A stretch of 64,000 bases of DNA. Source: an uncultured Bacteroides sp. GTDB taxonomy: Bacteria; Bacteroidota; Bacteroidia; Bacteroidales; Bacteroidaceae. The stretch is taken from assembly GCA_944320945.1 (NCBI GenBank), contig CALUJK010000072.1, positions 2,477 through 66,476 on the forward strand. The letters run 5' to 3'. Below are positions 58,617-64,000 of this stretch, piece after piece. The translations under genes were made by a program, and so were the position numbers. Within the stretch, counting starts at the first letter, position 1. Each line of letters begins with the position of its first letter. The notes beneath the pieces were generated by a model, which saw only the letters and a list, made by a program, of their open reading frames with translations, made no database searches and had not been told where the DNA came from.

Positions 58617-59621
58617 TTATTTCACTTCCCAAGTATCATTCGTCAGCAACAATTCTTCAAAGTTGTGGTAATTCTTCTTAGCACTGATTTCCTCAATCTG
58701 AGCATGTACGGCTTCCTCATAAGTGGGTGCTTCCACATCGCGAATCACACCGAGTGCAATCGGGAAGTCAGGGCCTTCCATCAAGGCCAGCTTCAACTGC
58801 AACGTGTTATCCATGCAGTGGGCATCGTGCACCAGAATGTCTTTTTCCGTGATACCGTTCTCGCCCAGTTTCACCACCTTTAAGCCGAAACCTTCCTGCA
58901 TGAGGCCATACTCCTTGTTCTCACCGAAAAGCATCGGTTTGCCATGCTCCAAATAAATGGCGTTCTTGGCACGGCCTTCCTTATTGTATACACTACTATG
59001 TGTTCCGTCATTGAAAATAACGCAGTTCTGAAGAATCTCGCACACGGCGGCACCTTTATGATGATAAGCGGCTTTCAGTACCTCTACCGTTCCGGCAGCA
59101 TCTGTAGCCACGGCACGAGCAAAGAAACGTCCGCGGGCTCCAAAGCACAATTCAGCAGGATGGAAAGGGTCTTCCACTGTACCATACGGTGATGACTTAC
59201 TTACAAATCCACGGGGAGAAGTCGGAGAATACTGTCCTTTAGTCAGACCGTAAATGCGATTGTTCAACAGAATCATATTCAAGTCTATATTGCGGCGAAT
59301 GGCGTGAATGAAATGGTTACCACCGATAGCCAAGCCGTCACCGTCACCTGAAATCTGCCAAACGGTAAGATTAGGATTAGCCACTTTCGCACCCGTAGAT
59401 ATAGCCGCTGCACGACCGTGAATGGTCTGCATGGCATACGTATTCATATAATAGGGCAAACGACTGGAACAACCAATACCGGAAATAACGGCTGTCTCCC
59501 ACGGAGCAACACCAATTTCAGCCATTGCCTTGTGTAGCGAAGCCAAAAAGAAGTGGTCGCCACAACCCGGACACCAACGGGGTTGTCCTTTCTTAAAATC
59601 TTTTGCTGTATATTCGTTCAT
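58617..59621 (-). CDS. korB: 2-oxoacid:ferredoxin oxidoreductase beta subunit
   Basis: WCPGCGD, SGIGCSSR, IHGR, GDGDGLAIGGNH, YGLTKGQYSPT. Confidence 0.9.
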   Translation of the reverse strand: MNEYTAKDFKKGQPRWCPGCGDHFFLASLHKAMAEIGVAPWETAVISGIGCSSRLPYYMNTYAMQTIHGRAAAISTGAKVANPNLTVWQISGDGDGLAIGGNHFIHAIRRNIDLNMILLNNRIYGLTKGQYSPTSPRGFVSKSSPYGTVEDPFHPAELCFGARGRFFARAVATDAAGTVEVLKAAYHHKGAAVCEILQNCVIFNDGTHSSVYNKEGRAKNAIYLEHGKPMLFGENKEYGLMQEGFGLKVVKLGENGITEKDILVHDAHCMDNTLQLKLALMEGPDFPIALGVIRDVEAPTYEEAVHAQIEEISAKKNYHNFEELLLTNDTWEVK

Positions 59622-59641
59622 AATGTTTCCTCCTCGTTCTT

Positions 59642-61492
59642 TTATCGGTTGATGATTTCGGTGAAGGCGGCTACCAATTCGGATACCACGAATGGCTGAC
59701 CTTTGACTTCATTAAACTGGTAGGGAGTGAAGTTATCCACTTTCATACGCAAATAGGATGCAAACTGCCCGAGATTCTGTTCTGCCACAACCACTTTCTT
59801 ATAGTGTTTCAGCACTTTTGCTGTATTCTTAGGCAATGGATTCAAATAAGAGAAATGAGCAAGAGCCACTTTCTGACCGGCTTTTATCATCTCCTCCATA
59901 GCAGAATAGAGATGACCGTAAGTTCCACCAAAGCCAACAATGAGCAAATCGGCATCATCTACACAGCCTTTAACTTCAACATTCGGCACAGGGATTTTCG
60001 CAACCTTTTCCGCACGCAAATGGCACATCAGATTATGATTTTCCGGCTCCGTAGAGATAGCGCCAGTCCAACTGTCTTTCTCCAAACCACCCAAGATATG
60101 TGTAAATCCTTCTTGCCCGGGGATAGCCCAGTAACGGACTCCAGTCTCCATGTTACGTTGATAAGGAGCATAATGTCCTTTCATCGCCGGCGTGACATAA
60201 GGGGGATTGATAGCAGGATATTCCGCTAACTTCGGCAACTTCCAAGCACCCGACCCATTGGCAACATAACCATCCGTCAACAAGACTACCGGTGTCATGT
60301 GTTCCAAAGCTATCTTACAAGCCATGTAAGCGGCATCAAAACAGTTAGTCGGAGATGTAGCGGCGATAACCGGCATCGGGCTTTCACCATTACGGCCAAA
60401 GAGTGCCTGAAGCAAGTCCGTCTGTTCTGACTTAGTTGGCAGACCCGTAGACGGCCCGCCACGCTGCACATCCAGTACCACCAAAGGAAGTTCGGTAATA
60501 ACGGCGAGATTCATGGCTTCAGACTTCAAGCAAACACCCGGTCCCGAAGTGGAAGTAACCGCCAACGCACCGGCAAACGAAGCACCAATAGCAGTAGCAC
60601 AACCGGAAATTTCATCTTCGCACTGCACAGTCATCACACCTAACGACTTATGCTTGGAAAGTTCGTGCAACACATCAGTAGCCGGAGTGATAGGATAAGA
60701 GCCCAAGAAAAGTTTCAAACCAGCCTTCTCGGCAGCAGCAATAAAGCCATAAGCCGTGGCCTTATTACCCGTAATATCCATATAACGACCGGGAACTTTT
60801 TCCTTACTTTCAATGCGGCAAGTGGCATGAGCAATGCTTGCATGGGTGTTATGTCCATAGTCCCATCCGGCATGTACCACCTTAATATTAGCCTCTGCAA
60901 TTGCCGGTTTCTTGGCAAACTTTTCGCGGATAAATTCCTCTGCAATCTTCAAATCACGGTCGAACAACCAGCACACCAATCCTACGGCAAACATGTTGCG
61001 GCATTTCAAGATAGATTTATTGTCCATACCGGTATCTGCCAGACAATCTTTCACCATTTGAGTAATAGGCGCGGCAATGACTTCCTGCTTAATACCCATC
61101 TCTTCAATAGGATTATCAGTATTGAAAGCCGCTTTATCAAGGTCGGATTTCTGGAATGCATCCGTGTCTATAATGATAGTACCATTGGCCTTTGTAAACT
61201 TATACTGAGTTTTCAAGGCAGCAGCATTCATGGCCACCAGCACATCACACTTGTCGCCCGGAGTATAGACCTTCTTTGCACCGATATGTACCTGAAAACC
61301 AGACACACCGGTCAACGAGCCTTGCGGGGCACGGATATCTGCCGGATAATCGGGAAAAGTCGAAATATCATTTCCCACCGTAGCCGAAACTGTAGAGAAG
61401 ATGTTACCGGCCAGCTGCATGCCATCACCGGAATCGCCGGAGAAACGAACCACTGCTTCTTCCAAGTTTTTAACTATCATGTCGTTTGCCAT
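59642..61492 (-). CDS. korA: 2-oxoacid:ferredoxin oxidoreductase alpha subunit
   Basis: GDSGDGMQL, SYPITPAT, QCEDEI, TSGPG, QRGGPSTGLPTK. Confidence 0.9.
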   Translation of the reverse strand: MANDMIVKNLEEAVVRFSGDSGDGMQLAGNIFSTVSATVGNDISTFPDYPADIRAPQGSLTGVSGFQVHIGAKKVYTPGDKCDVLVAMNAAALKTQYKFTKANGTIIIDTDAFQKSDLDKAAFNTDNPIEEMGIKQEVIAAPITQMVKDCLADTGMDNKSILKCRNMFAVGLVCWLFDRDLKIAEEFIREKFAKKPAIAEANIKVVHAGWDYGHNTHASIAHATCRIESKEKVPGRYMDITGNKATAYGFIAAAEKAGLKLFLGSYPITPATDVLHELSKHKSLGVMTVQCEDEISGCATAIGASFAGALAVTSTSGPGVCLKSEAMNLAVITELPLVVLDVQRGGPSTGLPTKSEQTDLLQALFGRNGESPMPVIAATSPTNCFDAAYMACKIALEHMTPVVLLTDGYVANGSGAWKLPKLAEYPAINPPYVTPAMKGHYAPYQRNMETGVRYWAIPGQEGFTHILGGLEKDSWTGAISTEPENHNLMCHLRAEKVAKIPVPNVEVKGCVDDADLLIVGFGGTYGHLYSAMEEMIKAGQKVALAHFSYLNPLPKNTAKVLKHYKKVVVAEQNLGQFASYLRMKVDNFTPYQFNEVKGQPFVVSELVAAFTEIINR

Positions 61493-61662
61493 ACTTACAA
61501 TTTATTTATCAAAATATCGTGAATTCAAAAAAAATGTAAGCAAAAGATTGCTTTTAACTTACTTTGAGCGCAAATGTCGGAAAGTTTATTGGAATAGCAA
61601 AACTTTTTTCGGAAAATCAATAGAATATACTATCTTTGCAACGTTTTTCTGAGAAGCAGAAC

Positions 61663-61734
61663 GGCCTTGTAGTTCAACGGATAGAACAAGAGTTTCCTAA
61701 ACTTTAGATAGGGGTTCGATTCCCCTCGGGGCTA
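61663..61734 (+). tRNA. tRNA-Arg (anticodon CCT)
   Basis: Cloverleaf: acceptor GGCCTTG/CGGGGCT, D arm GTTC/GAAC, anticodon arm AGAGT-TTCCTAA-ACTTT, T arm AGGGG-TTCGATT-CCCCT; -7 box TATCTTTG at 61631-61638. Confidence 0.95.
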
Positions 61735-64000
61735 CATTTATTTTTTACATATTCAGTAGGTAAACAGCCCACATACTTCTTAAATGCCGTTGAGAAATTG
61801 GCAGGATTACTATATCCGACCCGATTACTGATCTCCGCCACCGTATAGCGCTTTTCGCGTAGTAACCGACAAGCTTCATTGAAACGTATGCGGCGAATGA
61901 AATTAGCCGGTGGTTCACCCGATATGGCATTCATTTTAAGATACAGCGAGGACCTGCTCAAACAAAGCTGTTCTGCCAAATTATCCGCCGTAAAGTCTTC
62001 GCTATTCAGATTTTCCTTTACGACAGCTATCACCTTTTCCATAAATTCTGCATCCAGCGTATTAGTCGTCATACGAGTAACTTCCGGAGTAATCGTACTC
62101 AAAAAATAGTTCTTCATCCGTTCTCTACTTTTCAGAATGCCAGCAACCTTCGCTTTTAATAAATGAATAGAAAATGGTTTAGGAATATAATCATCTGCCC
62201 CGGTTTGTATGCCTGAAGTCTGGGCTTCCACGCTCCCTTTAGCAGATAATAAGATTATCGGTATATGACAAATCTGCAAATTTCTCTTCATTTGTTCACA
62301 CAGCTGAATTCCGTCCATCACAGGCATCATTACATCAGACACGACTAAATCCACTTTTTGTGCTTTCAAGATAGCCAATGCCTCTTTACCATTAGAAGCC
62401 GTAAGCGTGACATATTGCTGCCCGAAATTACTTTTCAGGTATTCTGTCATATCACGATTGTCATCTACAAACAGTAACGTATAAGCAAGTTCACTCCCCT
62501 CTCCTGCCGGTACTTCATCAGATATGCTGTCTGCGCTTTCCTGCACAAACTCCCTTCCTACCTTCCCTTGTTCTGCCCATGAGGCAGGCAATGAAGTACC
62601 TTCATCGCCCTGTTCCAAAGCACATTCTTCCGGAGCAAATACTGTTATATCCATCGGCAGATAAATGCAAAAAGACGTTCCTTCCCCTTGAATGCTTTCC
62701 ACCTCAATGGTTCCGTGATGTTTTTCCACAAGGCATTTCACCAAAGAAAGCCCTATTCCCGTTCCCTTTTGGTTGTTATCAGCCTGATAGAAACGCTCAA
62801 AAATATGCGGTAACTTATCCGGAGCAATCCCTACACCGTTGTCTGTAACACTCAAACAGTAATTGTTATCCTGTCGGGTTAGAGAAAGAATTATCTCACC
62901 ACCATCCAACGTATATTTAAAAGCATTGGATAACAGATTTGTCAGCATAATCTCCAGATATACCGGGTCAAATGGCACTTCGTCTGGCAATGTCGCGTGA
63001 TAGCAATAATTGATATTACGTTTCTTGGCAGTATCTACGAACATATCGAAAATATTTTGCACCGCTCTTTCGATATGTCCCAACCTGACATGGATAGGCA
63101 ATGCTCCTGATTCCGCTTTTCTGAATTCAAGCAGTTGATTGATAGTATGCAACAATCTATGACTATTCTTATAGATATACTCCAGTTTCTGCTGTACATG
63201 CAAGGTGAAGTTGCTTTTCTCATCATTCAATTCTTCAATAGGAGCAAGAATCAGACTCAAAGGGGTACGCAATTCGTGAGACATATTTATATAGAAACGA
63301 ATTTTCTCCTGCGCCATTTCTTCTGTATTCTTCTTCTCAAGCTGTTCCCACTGGATACGCATCCGCATTCGGGCACGGGCGACATAAAAGTAAATAATGC
63401 CCATCAGCAAAGCAAGCGCCAACAACACATAGATAGATTTAGCCCACCATGTCTGATACCACATCGGGAGTATTTCCACCTCAAAACCGGTAACCTCACT
63501 ACTCCACTCTCCACTGTTATTACACGCTTTCACCTGAAACAGATATGTGCCGGGAGACAAATTGGAATAAGTTGCCATACGCGGCATAGCAGCCTGAGAA
63601 AGATATATCCAATTATCATCAAATCCTTTCAACCGATAAGCGAATAAATTCCGCTTGTCTGCAAGATAATTAATGGTAGAAAAATGAATGCTAAACTGCT
63701 TCTGTATAAAAGGTAAAGACAATTTTGTCAATCTGCCGTCTTTCGTCTGATGAAGTCGGACAGCACCATCGCCCGCACCTTTCAATCTGGTATTTTGCAC
63801 ACTGACACCTGTAATCACGGCAGCAGACACGAACAGATTAGGAACGAAATGACGGGGATTGAAATAAGTCACACCGTCAAAAGTACCCAAGAAAAAGATA
63901 CCGTCACCAGTCCGACAAGCTCCATAATGATTAAACTGTTCATGACTTAGCCCGTCATGTTTCGTATAATTCTGAAAAGTCTCTTTCAACGGGCTAAAAC
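61704..64000 (-). CDS. Hybrid two-component system sensor kinase/response regulator (AraC), 5' truncated by window end
   Basis: Y_Y_Y domain (YSNLSPGTYLFQVKA), TM, H-box SHELRTPL, NLLSNAFKY, GTGIGL, receiver SDVMMP, AraC HTH; frame open to the window edge. Confidence 0.95.
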   Translation of the reverse strand, partial: FSPLKETFQNYTKHDGLSHEQFNHYGACRTGDGIFFLGTFDGVTYFNPRHFVPNLFVSAAVITGVSVQNTRLKGAGDGAVRLHQTKDGRLTKLSLPFIQKQFSIHFSTINYLADKRNLFAYRLKGFDDNWIYLSQAAMPRMATYSNLSPGTYLFQVKACNNSGEWSSEVTGFEVEILPMWYQTWWAKSIYVLLALALLMGIIYFYVARARMRMRIQWEQLEKKNTEEMAQEKIRFYINMSHELRTPLSLILAPIEELNDEKSNFTLHVQQKLEYIYKNSHRLLHTINQLLEFRKAESGALPIHVRLGHIERAVQNIFDMFVDTAKKRNINYCYHATLPDEVPFDPVYLEIMLTNLLSNAFKYTLDGGEIILSLTRQDNNYCLSVTDNGVGIAPDKLPHIFERFYQADNNQKGTGIGLSLVKCLVEKHHGTIEVESIQGEGTSFCIYLPMDITVFAPEECALEQGDEGTSLPASWAEQGKVGREFVQESADSISDEVPAGEGSELAYTLLFVDDNRDMTEYLKSNFGQQYVTLTASNGKEALAILKAQKVDLVVSDVMMPVMDGIQLCEQMKRNLQICHIPIILLSAKGSVEAQTSGIQTGADDYIPKPFSIHLLKAKVAGILKSRERMKNYFLSTITPEVTRMTTNTLDAEFMEKVIAVVKENLNSEDFTADNLAEQLCLSRSSLYLKMNAISGEPPANFIRRIRFNEACRLLREKRYTVAEISNRVGYSNPANFSTAFKKYVGCLPTEYVKNKCSPEGNRTPI

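Overview
Bacteroidaceae-type (Bacteroides/Phocaeicola-like) chromosomal window, mostly core and niche genes. It contains a MacAB-TolC-type ABC exporter operon, a Ser-type sulfatase, ROK glucokinase, rplS, a PL8 lyase, a split 5'-nucleotidase, a GH3/serine-hydrolase fusion, the ddl-rluD-PASTA cluster, lrgAB, ptb and buk (separated), a DUF4252-ECF-anti-sigma operon, two tandem SusC/SusD pairs (one NanOU-like), a MarR-TolC-HlyD-MFS efflux operon, korAB, tRNA-Arg(CCT) and a truncated hybrid two-component regulator. No transposase, integrase or CRISPR array is visible. The strongest unexplained signals are non-coding or very small. (1) Three diverged, equal-length (~202 bp) copies of a structured repeat with covarying stems, four 22-bp-phased units and a terminal TGTAT-NN-ATACA palindrome that in every copy faces accessory DNA. 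(2) An operon of two tiny membrane peptides, a CPBP protease, two DUF2975 proteins and an Xre regulator, with candidate operators. (3) An identical ECF-type promoter (TGCAAC-N17-CGTCT) ahead of both the ECF operon and the ABC exporter. (4) A lone AT-rich HhH-like/PD-(D/E)XK nuclease gene. (5) A 26-bp motif shared by both susC promoters. (6) A structured uORF-bearing leader, a candidate sRNA, a 10-bp duplication frameshift and a tRNA/CDS antisense overlap. All family calls come from motif recognition by eye; no database searches were run.
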